64,000 nt of DNA. Origin: Mobula hypostoma (Eukaryota). Positions 1-12,804 of this stretch are shown here, in pieces (the stretch's first letter is position 1; each line of letters starts with the position of its first letter). The stretch spans positions 191,582,001 through 191,646,000 of the forward strand of contig NC_086097.1 of the NCBI RefSeq assembly GCF_963921235.1. Reading direction: 5' to 3'. The notes under the pieces are model-generated. The model saw only the letters and a program-made list of their open reading frames with translations, was not told the DNA's origin and searched no databases. The position numbers and the translations under genes are program-made.

Positions 1-110
1 GGGCTGCGATGGCCCAGAACCTCAGCAATAGGCTATATCACACCACAGTATTTCACCCACAGTCCAACGGCCCGTGCAAGCATTTTCACCACTCCTTATA
101 TGCTGCTCCT
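1..110 (+). mobile_element. Degenerate Gypsy-type LTR retrotransposon integrase fragment
   Basis: Manual translation gives AAMAQNLSNRLYHTTVFHPQSNGPCKHFHHSLYAA, a decayed integrase-core TTAYHPQSNG..ERFHRSLK motif. It is cut by the window edge and by the Penelope element. Confidence 0.75.
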
Positions 111-901
111 TACCACCATTCAGGGTCCCAGACAGTCCTTCCAGGTGAGGTGACACTTCACCTGTGAGTCGGCTGGAGTGACATACTGCGTCCAGTGCTA
201 CCGATGTGGCCTTCTATATATTGGCGAGACCTGACGCAGACTGGGAGATCATTTCGCTGAACACCTACGCTATGTCCGCCAGAGAAAGCAGGATCTTCCA
301 GTGACCACACATTTTAATTCCACGTCCCATTCCCATTCTGATATGTCAATCCACGGCCTCCTCTACTGTAAAGATGAAGCCACACTCAGGTTGGAGGAAC
401 AACACCTTATATTCCGTCTGGGTAGTCTCCAACCTGATGGCATGAACATCGACTTCTCTAACTTCCGCTAATGCCCCACCTCCCCCTTGTACCCCATCTG
501 TTACTTATTTTTATACACACATTCTTTCTCTCACTCTCCTTTTACTCCCTCTGTCCCTCTGAATATACCCCTTGCCCATCCTCTGGGTCCCCCCCCCACC
601 TCCTTGTCTTTCTTCCCGGACCTCCTGTCCCATGATCCTCTCGTATCCCTTTTGCCTATCACCTGTCCAACTCTTGGCTCCATCCCTCCCCCTCCTGTCT
701 TCTCCTATCATTTTGGATCTCCCCCTCCCCTTCCAACTTTCAAATCCCTTACTCACTCTTCCTTCAGTTAGTCCTGACGAAGGGTCTCGGCCTGAAACGT
801 CGACTGCACCTCTTCCTAGAGATGCTGCCTGGCCTGCTGCATTCACCAGCAACTTTTATGTGTGTTGCTTGAATTTCCAGCATCTGCAGAATTCCTGTTG
901 T
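111..901 (+). mobile_element. 5'-truncated Penelope-like element (GIY-YIG endonuclease C-terminus, pyrimidine-rich 3'UTR, pLTR)
   Basis: Positions 112-470 translate to TTIQGPRQSFQVR*HFTCESAGVTYCVQCYRCGLLYIGET*RRLGDHFAEHLR...LEEQHLIFRLGSLQPDGMNIDFSNFR*, a GIY-YIG domain with CxxC and two stops. A C/T-rich UTR and a hammerhead-containing terminal repeat follow. Confidence 0.92.
770..805 (+). ncRNA. Minimal type I hammerhead ribozyme in Penelope pLTR
   Basis: AGTC-CTGACGA-AGGGTCTCGGCCT-GAAA-CGTC-GACT: helix I AGTC/GACT, core CUGAnGA and GAAA, helix II hairpin, palindromic mini helix III (ACGT), GUC cleavage triplet ending at 801. Confidence 0.85.
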
Positions 902-1117
902 AAACTTTACAACTCCTCCCTTGGAGGGTCAGACACCCTGAGCCAATAGGCTGGTCCTGGACTTATTTCATAATTTACTGGCATAATTTACATATTACTA
1001 TTTAACTATTTATGGTTCTATTACTATTTATTATTTATGGTGCAACTGTAACGAAAACCAATTTCCCCCGGGATCAATAAAGTATGACTATGACTATGAC
1101 TATGGCTATGACTATGA
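902..1117 (+). mobile_element. 3' end of a Rex1/Babar-like LINE
   Basis: KLYNSS-type ORF end, AT-rich UTR, then CCCCCGGGATCAATAAAGTA followed by a (TGACTA)n tail. Confidence 0.65.
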
Positions 1118-1487
1118 ATTCGACATAGTGAATCAATATTTCTTTCAATAAAAACTTAGTAAGCTATCGACAGGATTTGAAACAGATCTTTTTAAACTTT
1201 ATGGTATGAACACCATCCACCAAAGGTAGCTGCCGCCGTGATGCAGCTGTACAAACCGGAACAGGAAAGGTGAGGTGATGTAAATTAGTGACGTGCATTG
1301 TGGTATTTGAAAAAAATGACTAAATAGTTAACAGAAACATTTAGCTAAAAATTATTTTCAATAAATATAATTATTAGTTACTACATTATTTTAGGTAACT
1401 AACCTTTTGTGCGCATATTAAGTTCCTTTGTGCACTGGTTGAAAAATGTGTGCGCGCGCACACGTGCACAGCTTAGAGGGAACATAC
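1118..1487. mobile_element. Terminal fragment of a non-autonomous hAT-like DNA transposon
   Basis: Ends in GCACAGCTTAGAGGGAACAT, resembling a CA(G/A)TGTTCCCTCTAAGCTG-type hAT terminal inverted repeat (TIR). The partner end was not found. Confidence 0.45.
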
Positions 1488-1559
1488 AGTAGCTCACCAC
1501 TAGGTACTTTGAGCAGAAGTCAAGAGGCTTATCTATTAACTGTAACCAGTAAACAAATT

Positions 1560-1900
1560 TGCCCCTTAGATTATTCCCCACTTTGACTTTTACCTCTACT
1601 CACCTACCTACTACTTCCCCCCAGATCCCCTCATCCTTCCCTTTCGCCCATGGTTCACTCTCCTCTCCGATCAAATTCCTTCTTCTCCAGGCCTTGGCCT
1701 TTCCCACCCACCTGGCTTCACCTATCATCTTTCAGCTAGCCTTCTTCCTCTCTTCGCACCTTTTTTATTCTGGCATCTTGCCCCTTCCTTCTCAATCTGA
1801 AGAAGGGTCTCGTCCCAAACCGGCACCTATCTATTAATTTCAATTGATGCTGTCTGACTTGCTGAGTTCCTCCAATGTTTTTGTGTGTGTTGCTTTAGAT
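1560..1900 (+). mobile_element. Older Penelope-like 3'UTR/pLTR remnant with decayed hammerhead
   Basis: C/T-rich tract followed by CTGAAGAAGGGTCTCGTCCCAAAC...GATGCTGTCTGACTTGCTGAGTTCCTCCA...TGTGTGTGTTGC, homologous to 770-870. The GAAA core is mutated. Confidence 0.7.
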
Positions 1901-2784
1901 ATTAACTGATGAATTTCCCTAATACTACCTCAATGTACTGATGTGATGTATGGATGGTATGCAAAACAAAGTTTTTCACAGTACATGTGACAAAAATAAA
2001 CCAATGCAATTTCACATTAAATATCACTGCTGAGTTTGACCCTTTCATTTGAACCCTGCAGGCTATTCAATCGATATTTGTGATCTCACTTTCCATTAGT
2101 AGTTATGAAATAACAAGCAGGAGTAGGGTCCATTTGTTTTATGTGTTCTCTTTTTCCCCCACTATCCCACACAACTGGAGTGCTTTAATATTGTTTCATC
2201 TAGCAAAGTACAAAGAAAGGATAGAATCTGTTTTCTTTTCATTACCATCCCTTCCCCAAAGTGTACTTACTGATGCAGCCATTGCTGAAGGCTGACGTAA
2301 GCACTGTTTCAACAACGTGTAAGAAATTAACCACTGGAGTAAAGAACATTTAAATTGTGCAATAAGACAGGAAAATTTATTGGATGATCAATGTGACAAA
2401 TATTAAATTCAAGTACACTGAATATGCACTACACTGCGCGCATCAGCAGTCTGCTTATCCGAGGTGAGAGATCCAAACTTTACGAAGCAAGCGATTCTTT
2501 GAAAAATATTTTAAATGCTAATTATTCTAATAGGTAAATAAAATAATTTTAGACTTTTAAATCATTTCATAATATTGTCTGTATTGATTTACTTGCAAAA
2601 ATAATATAACATTTAAAAATTACATCAGGCAAATAAAAATACCACTGATCTATGATTCAAGTTTATCATAATCCAAATATTGCTTAGTCACAAAGTTCAG
2701 ATAAGATATTTATACTGTATTCTATTGTGAAAAACTTGAGGAGCAATGAGACTTAGATACAAATGTGCTTGTCACTGAAACTAT

Positions 2785-5700
2785 TCTTCTACTTCTTCTT
2801 CAGCTATCCATCGATTTCGATGTTGACTGCGCTGAGAGTTTAGTCTCTGCAGGCACGTTTATGGGCCACAAGACCAGCATTGGATCGGCACTGTCTCCCA
2901 CATCGGTTGCGTTTGTGATTTGACTGGTCTAGCACCGAATGTCTGCGTTCATGACCTGCTCCATATTTCTTCTGCCTTTTCTCCTTGATAGCTGGGATTG
3001 ACTTCTTGATAATGCAGCGCCAACTTCTTCTGTCTAAAGCATCTTTCTCCGAGGTGTTGACATTCATGTTAGTGTTCTTTATATGGCGCTTGAGCGCGTC
3101 TTTGTAGTGCAGATTCTGACCACCATGCTTCCTCTTTCCTTCATGTAGCTCGCCACAGAAAACAGCTTTGGGTAAACGATCATCGCTCGTTCTTGTGACA
3201 TGACCTGTCCAACGCAGCTGAGAAGCTGTAATGAGCGATTCTATGCTGACTGCCCCAGCACGTTTGAGCACCTCCCACACCTGGTACCCTCTCTTGCCAC
3301 TTGATGTGTAATATTTGGCGTAAATGCCTGTGTTGTGTCTTAGTCAATTTCTTGATGTGCCTCCGATACAATGTCATCGTTTCAGTTGAATAAAGCAGAG
3401 ATGGTAAAACAGCTGTGTTATACACTTTGACCTTGGTTGCCATTTTAATGTCATGGCGAGACCAAAGTCGCTTCTGCAAAGCACCAAAGACTTTCGTAGC
3501 TGATTGAATTCTCCTCTCAACTTCCAGATCTGATGAATTGGTGTTGATCACAGTGCTTCCTAAGTATGTGAAAGAGGCAGAACATTTCAATGCTACCCCA
3601 TTGACCAATATGACTGTGGTTGGGTCTCACTGGGACTACACAGAGGAGCAGGCTGGTACAGAAGTTTGGTTTTGGAGACATTGATTCTTAAGCCAAAAAG
3701 AGTGGGAGCAAATGAGAAGCGGTCTAAAATTTCTTGAATCACATTACCATCAGTAGCAACCAGGACTGAGTCATCTGCATATGGAAGCTCTCTGACACAT
3801 ATCTCTCCTGATTTGGTTGAGGCTTTGAGTCTTGACAGGTTGAACAATTTTCCATCTGAGCGAGTCCTGATGTACACACCTTTGTCCAAATTATGGTCCA
3901 TTATTTCCAAAACTGCAGCAAGATATAGTGTGAACAAATTTGGAGCAAGAACACATCCCTGTTTCACCACGTGGTTGATGGTGAAGGCTTCACTGACGTC
4001 TCCTCCGAAAGATACCTTGCCAGACACGTTCTCATGAAACAACTTGATCATCGTAACTAGCCTATCTGGACAGCCATAAGTTTTGAGTACTTCTCAGAGT
4101 GTTTCTCTGTCCACCAAATCAAATGCTTGTGAGAAATCAACAAAGACAATGTACAGTGGTTGCTGCTGTTCTACTGCTTTCTCCTGGGGTTGCCTCAAAA
4201 TAATAATCATTTCTGTGGTTGCTCTTCCAGCCCTAAAGCCACATTGGCTTTGAGGAAGCACATCTTCTGAGATGACCTTGAACGGGTTGAGCAGTATCTT
4301 CGCCATAATCTTGCCAGCTATGGGTAGAAGGGAGATTCCTCGGTGGTTTCCACAAACACTACGGTCACCTTTCTTCTTGTAGATGGTGACTATCAGCGCA
4401 TCTTTGAAGTCCTGAGGAAGACGTTGACTCTGCCAACAAGCATTATATAGATTCAACAGTTCAGTCTTCAGAGCAGGACCACCTTGCTTCAGTACATCTG
4501 ACAGAATGCCGTCTTGCCCGGGTGCTTTACCACTTCTGGTATCTTTTAAAGCCTTAGTAAGTTCTGTCACAGTGATGAGTCCACATAGCTCTTCTCTTAC
4601 CGGTCTAGTTGTGAGCCTTTCACATGCATTGCAGTCAGTCACACCTCGTTGGTTTAGAAGGTTGCAGAAGTGTTCCCTCCATCACTCAATGATGTCTTTC
4701 CTGTCAGTGCATAGCTTGCTCCCATCTGCAGTTTTTACTGGGGCTACTGTATTGTTTCTTGGACCATAGATAGCTTTCAGTCCTGAGAAGAGCCCGTGGT
4801 AGTCATTCCTGTCTGACATTGCTTGCAGTTCCTCCACTTTCTTATTCCTCCAGTTGTTCTTCATAGCCCTGATCTCCCTTTGAACTTTGGCTTTCACAGA
4901 TTTAAATGCTGCTTTGCTTCTTTCAGAGTTCTCTTTCAAGTGACACGTATAAAGCCTTTGTTTCATCTCTAACAGTTCTTGAATTGAATCATTTTGTTCT
5001 TTTCAGGAGTTTTTCTCTTAGGGTGACCAAGCACCACATTTGCAGTTGGATGGATGGTAAATATTGGTTGGGACATTGAGAGGGTCTTTGTCTTCTTGGA
5101 GAGATAATGTCAATGCTGTGACAAGTCTCCTCTGATGTTCCTCACTGGCCAACTTGTTGACATCCAATTTCTTGTGTGCTTCACTGGGTGTTTTTCACCT
5201 TGGCAGCAGCAGTTTAAGTCTAAGTTGTGATCGTACCATGTAATGATCAGATGAGCACTCCGCTCCATGCATTGCTTTTGTCAATAGAACCTCCAGCATA
5301 TCTGCTCTGCGAGTCACAATGTAGTCAAGCAAATGGAGATTCTTTGACCTTGGGTGCATCCAGGCGAAATAGTTCTTCTCAGGTTAACAAAAGAAAGTGT
5401 TGGTAACACACAATTCCCTCTGAGCACAAAAGTTTAACATAAGGTCACCATTGGTATTCCTTTTGCCTTTACCAAATTTGCCAATGACACCTTCATAGGT
5501 ACTGTGATCCTTGCCTACCCTGGTTTTGAAATCTCCCAAGTTGAGCAACTTGTCTGCCCTATGGACATTATCAGTTACTTCAGCCAGTTCCTGATGGAAG
5601 GACTCCTTGTCTTTGTCAGAATATGCCAAGGTTGGTGCATACACATTGATCAAACTCAGGAAACGATCCTTTTCCGATGGGAACACGTGGTCGCATGATC

Positions 5701-6387
5701 CTTTCAGATATCCCTATCGGAAGTGTTGGCAATTTGCTAGCAATCTTGTTGGAAATAGCAAAGGCCACACCTGCATCTCTCCTTTCATTGGTTTTCCCAA
5801 TCCAAAAGAAAGTATGAGTATTTTCTTGGATCCGGCCTTGTCCTTCAATCCTTGTCTCTTGGAGCACAGCAATATCAGTGTTGTATCTTGCCAATTCCTC
5901 AGCTATCAAAGCAGTTCTCCTTTCTAGTCTTGAGTCGTTATCCAGGATTGCTCGCACATTCCATGTGGCAACAATCAGTTTCATCTTCTTAAACTTCTTA
6001 CCGCAGTGATGAAGACCCGCTGGTCACGGTGAGCCAGCCAAGTAAAATCTGAGCAAGCTTTCTTTATCCCACCTTTTCTAAGGGTTTCCCCTTCCAGGGC
6101 AGTGCTATCCCTAAAAAGTGCTGCCCGGACACTCACATAGCTGCCTCAGCCCTGTTGCTGCTCAGAAAACTCAACAAGGTAGCATCTATGCACAGAGTTC
6201 ATGCTAGCAGCTTCCAGCTCCTCAAGCCTGCTGCCGCCACATGACCTCCTTCGCTACAGGGCTTTCCACACCATCCAGAAACTCTACTCCAACATGCCTT
6301 GCACAGTAATAAGACAGATGGTGTTGTGCCCCCACCATACAGTCTCTCTGGGCTTCCAAATCTGATGCTAAGTGGTACACAGGAGTG
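2785..6387 (-). mobile_element. RTE-clade (BovB-like) LINE, near-complete ORF, frameshifted
   Basis: APE start MKLIVATWNVR..DIAVLQETR (5984), LGDF motif, RT motifs KAPGQDG, RGISLL, QCGFRAGR, FVDFSQAFD, KQGCVLAP and YADD, C-terminal RCGRQCRSNAGLVAHKRAC, stop at 2840, (GAA)n-like tail at about 2785-2801. The 5'UTR runs to about 6387. Confidence 0.93.
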
Positions 6388-6610
6388 TAAAGGTTGATTT
6401 ATACTTCTGCATAAAATTGATGCCATAGGTATGGTGTAGTCGCGAACCCTACGCAGATCCCTACGCCGTAGCCTGACGTGCACCTCTCCCAAAATGTAAC
6501 TACACGTCACAGTAACGCAGGCCGTAACAACTGTGATTGGTCCGCCTGGTAGCATCGCATTTCCTCCTATGCTGCAATAGCATCCCATTGGGTGATTGAA
6601 GGGCATGTAA
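6388..6610. mobile_element. Probable PIF/Harbinger-like non-autonomous DNA transposon fragment
   Basis: Begins TAA|AGGTTGATTTATACTTCTGC (TAA target plus Harbinger-like terminus). It is CpG-rich and abruptly ends the RTE 5'UTR. The other terminus was not seen. Confidence 0.4.
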
Positions 6611-9600
6611 CAGAATTACATTTTGACAAGCACAATGACAATACACACCAAGCTTCTCATGCAGTCATACAGCACTGAAACAAGCTGCTTGGCTCTCCAC
6701 TTCCATGCCGATCTTTATGCCCTTCTCCTCTAATCTCACTTGGCTACAGTAGGACCATATCCTTCTATGCCTTGCTGTCTATCTAAATGCCTCTAAACAT
6801 GATGATTGTATTTGAATCTACCACATACTCAGGTTGCATGTTCCAGATACAAATGACACATTAATTTCACTCTCCATCACAAACAAAAGCCCTGACTTAA
6901 TAAGTGAAAAGGCAAGGATAGATGGGGCAATCTTTGTCCCCCATGAACTACCTTTCCATCTGCATGTCAGCTGAAATAGGAATATTGGATAATGGACGTA
7001 ATAAACCTCGAAGCAGATGAAGAGCTCTGGGTTGCCATTTCAAGTCAGGATTATCATACAGGTAGCTTTTTTGGTAAGGAGGCTTCCCTTTGACAGCTGT
7101 CCTCCTGCTCTTGCTCCTCCTCACGTACAACGCTGAATAGACCCATGTTTTTTGACAAAATCCAAGTCCAGATGTGTTACGGCTCTTAATCTGAGCACGG
7201 CTGAGTCCGGAGAGATCTGATTCAACTGATCAACCTGCTCAGATTCAGGGTTCACCCTTTTTGTTCAAGTTTGATTTATTGTACATAACTCACAATGTGT
7301 GATAATGAATCAATTCTCAAAGGAGGTGTCAGTAATAGGTTGCATAAGGATTGACATTATCCTGCCTATTCTGAGAGCATCATATGAAAATAACCGTGTG
7401 ATCAAAGGTCATTTTATGCACCATGCACCCTATAAGTTTTTCATCACATTTTAACAATCAATTTAATGCTGCAATTGGAAACCATAGTAGGTAAAATATG
7501 TCCTATGCCTCAGTATATCTAGTCCCAATAGTTCCAAATAAATGATTGTAGCTCAGTTAAATTTTTATCCCATCAGGTACATTAAATGTCAAACTCATTA
7601 TCAAAGCGCTTTAGTAAACTAGCTACAACTCTCTTGCCAAAAATACCCTTTCAGAATTATCACTTCTCAGGATTCAGAGGTGCTTAGATGACAATGAAGT
7701 GTTTTATTAAACAGCATGACTTCTTTTGGATTTTACACAGTTAGGTGAATTTGACTTGAAGTTTAGAATGTAATAATGCAGGCTCCTGTAGTACACAAAA
7801 CTGTAAAGACCACAGCTATTCCTGATTTAATAATAAAAAAAAGGTTTTGCATGATTATTAATGAGAACATGGCTCAATTTTAATATGAAAATTTTTGACT
7901 GTTACTCTTTAACCAGATTAGAAAAAAGAGTAAGCCACAATGGAGCTTTGCATTGATGTGATTAATTACCTATATCGCAGCTAATGACTTAGCATTTATA
8001 AGTATGCCTGAAAGTACCCCCTGAGATAAACACCCACTGAGATAAATACGTTATGTTTGAATTAAAATAAATATACACCCTTCCAAGGATCAGTGGGCCT
8101 ATAAGCCCGTGTGAGCTGCGGGTTACTTTTACCTTTGGTAACCCGTAATTTTGAAATCAGATTGGATAGTGTTAAGATGAAAATACATTTTAAAACAAAT
8201 TGATGCCATTATTTTAACAGCCACAGGGGTTCCACAAGCAATAAAGAATTAAGTTGAAAAAAGGGACAAGTAGTACAAAGAAATAACAATGAAATAGAGT
8301 TGAATATTCAATGTACAAATAAACAAGGCAATAAGACTGAAACACTAAACTGTTTTCAATTAATACTGGGCAGATGTGAAATTAAAAATGAAGAAAAATC
8401 ATTTCTCAAGTTGTGGATATTTTAACAATGCTATTTCTTCCGATGTTTAAGCAACTTGTTTGTAAATTAAGAGAAACATGTTTCATTGTTTCCTTCTTTC
8501 TTAGTTACCATCCACTCTGTGGAAATCATTCTAAAACATAAAGACATTTCGATGACAACCAGTAGATGTGTTATCTCCTGTGTCAACTCTTTCAAAATCT
8601 GAGTACAGATCATTAGAAAATTAGATTTATTCATTTTCAGTACTAGCAATTTCTCCAAAATATTTATTTTACAGTTAATTTCTTTCTTTCTCCCTTAAGT
8701 TTCTGTTCCTTTCTGACCAATAATTCAGATAGGACAAAAATAGTTTTAACAACCAAATGGGCAAGGTGTCTGCAGTGAATAAAAAAATGGCAAAATGGAA
8801 TGAAGGTGCAGCAGAGATCTGCAAGGTTATAATGTTTATTTTTAATGTGTGCCAGGGGAAATGGAGGAAGATATGAGGTATAATTTACTACCCATCTCTC
8901 TTACCATTTATCTATTTGCTAGTCTTGCAAACTTCAAGCTGCCTGAATCTTTGAAAACCTGATGTCTCTCGATTGTGTCTGTAGACATTGTCTCTAGAGT
9001 GTCTCTGGATATTATTTATTGTTTATTATTATTATATATTATTCATTTAGGGTGGACATTTGGCAAGGAGGCTGATGTATACTCAGGTATTACAATGGAC
9101 TGAAGTGCTGACCATACGACTTATAGTGGTCAGTGCAGTATTTCCCTTTTAAAACTGGGCACTCTACATTCATCATTGTAAGCTATGAAGGAAATTAGAG
9201 GAGGCATTAAAATGTACAAGAATAGGGTATCATTATTAACCAAGAAGTAATTACATTAGAAAAAATGATATTATGAAAGGCAATGTTAAGAATGAGTCAG
9301 ACCATACTGAATTTGCAGAAGAAAGGAAAGCACTTAGAACAAACGATTTGACCAGCCCGCTATTTGATTTTTTTTCCATAGTTGAATCAATAAATGTGAA
9401 TCTACAAGACTCCATGCGGCAATGGCCATCACTAATCACATATTCATGCAGTTCTGATTGTATTGATTCCAATATTGTGAAACAAGACTACTGCCCTATT
9501 AACACTGAAAATCATAGAAAGAATGAGATTGAATAATAGAAAATAACTACATATGTACAGTAGTAACAGTAAATAAGTTTTTTTCTGCTATTTGTTGTTT

Positions 9601-9912
9601 CAAATACTGCCCATCTATTACCATAGTACACATTCCTCTTTTGAATAATATACCATGCTGCCAGAACAAGTGTTTATTCTCCAAGCATTTTGTCATTTTG
9701 TATTTTTTTAAACTTCACTTTGCTGCTCTGTTGATAAATTATTTTGGTATTATCAACTGTAAATGCAGTTACATAATCAATTTAGTGATTGTTCCTCAAG
9801 GATGAACAGCCTACACACTCTATCAAATATGTTAAAATAATTAGTCATCTCTGATGAGTAACTCTAAGGATGTGGACTTTTCAAAGCAGAATTCTACAAA
9901 TTACACATCATA

Positions 9913-10305
9913 TGGTGGTTGTCTGTTATATCTGACAATGATATTGTGCAGGAGAGTTTTCAAAGTGGAAAAGCCTTTGCACTGGAGCAATTCCACATCG
10001 CGACCTCCAAAGACTGGTGTCTAGTAGTATGAATAGTCATCACATCTGGGCTTGTCCTTGCACAGCACGAAGCATTGCAGAACCACCTTCTTGGCTGTTG
10101 GATCTCACTGGGAATCTCATTTGCCCTGTTCATTGGAGGTGACTTTGCATTCTAGGACAGACATGTCCACATCTCACTGGGGTACAAGGCCCACTGGCTA
10201 CCCTCACCTGGTTTAACCCACCTGTCGAAGCAGTGAGCTGCCCCAAAATAGACACGAGAAGCCCCTTTACTAGAGGCACTACCCCTCCATGGACACCTGA
10301 TACAC
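9913..10305 (-). mobile_element. Old, internally deleted relative of the HDV-ribozyme element at 25537-26099
   Basis: Shares CC(A/G)CCTTCTTG..GTTGGA, GCTACCCTCACCTGGTTTA..TGTCGAAGC and CTACCCCTCC...ACACC..ATACAC in the same order as 25787-26096. Confidence 0.65.
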
Positions 10306-11704
10306 TTCATGCATCATAAAGAATTAATCAATAAAGCCAATTATATCATCAGTAGATCGATTAAGCTCTCAATGACAGACACACAAAATGTTTAAATCTT
10401 CTTCATCTAATTCTGACAACAAAATGTCAGTTGATCATTAAAACATTGGAAAATGCTCATTTACTAGTGAGAAATAGATTTTTTTTATTGTTTGACTGAT
10501 CCCATGGATCCATCACAAACAGTCATCAAAAACAATTAATTCGACTGCAGTGCCGAAGGTGAAACATCAGCCTCCAATGTAGACCAACAAATACTTGTAA
10601 ATGCTTCAAGGTGTTAGTCTTTTGGAACTGCTTTTGTTCAATTCATACCTTTAAGTTGGTTCATGCACTGACAGCTCCCCAGGGAACTTCGTTATCTTAC
10701 AATGTGCATTGCCTTCTCTTGCTATCCTCTACCATTTTCCCCAAACTCCTTTCTTTCACTAAACCATGGCTCTTATAGTGAGTGCCATTTAGCAGTATGA
10801 ATAATTGCTAGATTAAAGTAACTTACTCTCACTGGCATCTTCAAATGATGTTTGTACTATTTAGAACAATGAGCACATGAATAATTGCTTATAATGTGGA
10901 TTCCAAATTTTTATATTCCCCTTGGCATTGAACTATGTATTTTCATTTGAGAACACTACAAGATTCAGCTACCAAGTTTACAATCAAATAGTTTTAACGT
11001 AGCTTTTACTAGCCCATAAGCCATCCAACACTGCTGCTGTTGCATACATATTTACTTACTACCTACTGAATCTCTGGCATCTAAAGCAGCAACAAAGCTC
11101 TCTGCACCTGTTTGCCTTCGGTGATTCCCCAGTTTTACCTTGGGTTTCTCAACTGACATTTTCACTGCTTTTCTTCATGTCGTTTTTTGGGCAAATTTGT
11201 TTGAACTGAGGAGCTCTTGCATTTAATCACTTAAGGTGTTTCTGGCTCTGTTATCACCACTCAGAACGTTCTGATTTTTCCATCACACTCATTGATGGTG
11301 CTACCAAAGACATTGGGAAATACTGTTGATGGAGAGGCAATGATAGAGGTCAAAATGTCTGTATAACTGTGGTTCACTTTCAATCTAATTTGCTGGCAGA
11401 ATGTTTTGAGTTTAGTTTTTGTTCTTACAGGTTTTTATGTGGTATAAGATTGCTATCATCTGCAGAGTCATGAGATTCAAAGGATGAAAAGGATTAAGCT
11501 TTATTTGCCTAGAAGCTCCAAGTAAAATTGAACATTGTTAACATCTCCATTTCTCTAAAGGAGGAAAGTAGCACTTTTGCTAATCTGACTGTGGGCTTGT
11601 TTGGAGATGTTGTGGGGCTAAGATAATTGATCTCCAATAATCACAGGTGAGTAAGGTTCCAAACCTTGGAATGTTTCCTCTTGATATCAATTAACTTCAG
11701 GTTT

Positions 11705-12800
11705 AGAACACACAATATTAAACAATACAGCAAAGGACAGACATTTTGGCCCACAATGTGGTGCTGACCTTTCAACGGACTCGAAGATCGATCTAACCCC
11801 TCCCTTCCACATAGCCCTGCATTTTTCTTTCATCCATGTGCTTATTAAGAGTCTCTTAAATATCATTAATATATTTGCCTCCACCACCATTCCTGGCAGC
11901 ATGTTCCAAGCGCTAACAACACTCTGCGTGAAAAACCTACCTCTCATACACTGGCCCCCCATACTTTCCTCCAATCAGCTAAAAATTATGCCCCACCTAT
12001 TAGCCATTTTTGTCCTGATTAAAATTCTTTGGCTATCTATCCTAAGTATGCCTCTTATCATTTTATACACATTGGTGACTTGATAAGTGATACCTGAAGC
12101 CAAAACATTCTGCTTAAATAGTACAGGTGACCCGGCATCCCCAAGCCTATCAAAATAAACATAGTTAAATAATTAATGATACTAGATGATCAACAATTAA
12201 CCAATTAAGGTGCTCTGGAAACCTTGGTGCCAAATGCTCTCTGGCTCTCCTCCCAGGCCTGGAGAGCTCTTTACAGGCAGCAATCCAGAGATTACCACCT
12301 TTAATGTCCTGCTTTCCAGCTTCCTACAGACTTCCCTATATTCTCTCTTCAGGATCTCATCTCTCTTCTTACCCATATTGTTGGTAACTATATGTGCCAC
12401 AACTTCTGGCTGTTCACCCTTCCCCTTTAGAATGCTGTGGAGCCGATCTGAGATATCCCTGACCCTGGCACCTGGGAGGCAACATACCATCCAAGAGTCT
12501 CTTTCATGCCCACAATATCTCCTGTGTGTTCTACTAACTACTGAGTAATCTAACAGCACCATTCTTCTCTTCTCCCCGTTTCTCTTCAGAGCCAGACTCA
12601 GTGCCAGAGACCTGGTTGCTGTGGCTTTCCTCTGGAAGGTCATCCCCCTCAATGGATCCAAAGCAGTATACTTGTTATTGAGGGGAATCCCACAGGGTAA
12701 CTCTGCAGTATCTGCCTTTTCTCTTTCCCTCTCCTGCCAATCACCCAGCTATCTGCCTCCTGCAACTTAGATGTGACTACCCCCCCTGTAGCTCCTATCT
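11705..12800 (-). mobile_element. CR1 LINE remnants (ORF2 3' end about 11705-12090; ORF1 esterase about 12200-12800)
   Basis: RGRFFTQSVVSAWNMLP (CR1 C-terminus) and MVCCLPGARVRDIS...VVAHIVTNN...VVISGLLP (SGNH esterase of CR1 ORF1). Confidence 0.8.
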
Positions 12801-12804
12801 GAGA

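Noticed and set aside
487..949. Pro/Ser/Leu-rich ORFs and antisense Gly/Arg-rich ORF
   Set aside because: These are translations of the pyrimidine-rich Penelope 3'UTR/pLTR. The real coding frame is the stop-containing GIY-YIG at 112-470.
2773..6681. CACTGAAAC at 2773 and 6673 as a possible RTE TSD
   Set aside because: The second copy is part of an old CR1 3' end (GTCATACAGCACTGAAACA) and lies beyond an unrelated element, so it is likely coincidence.
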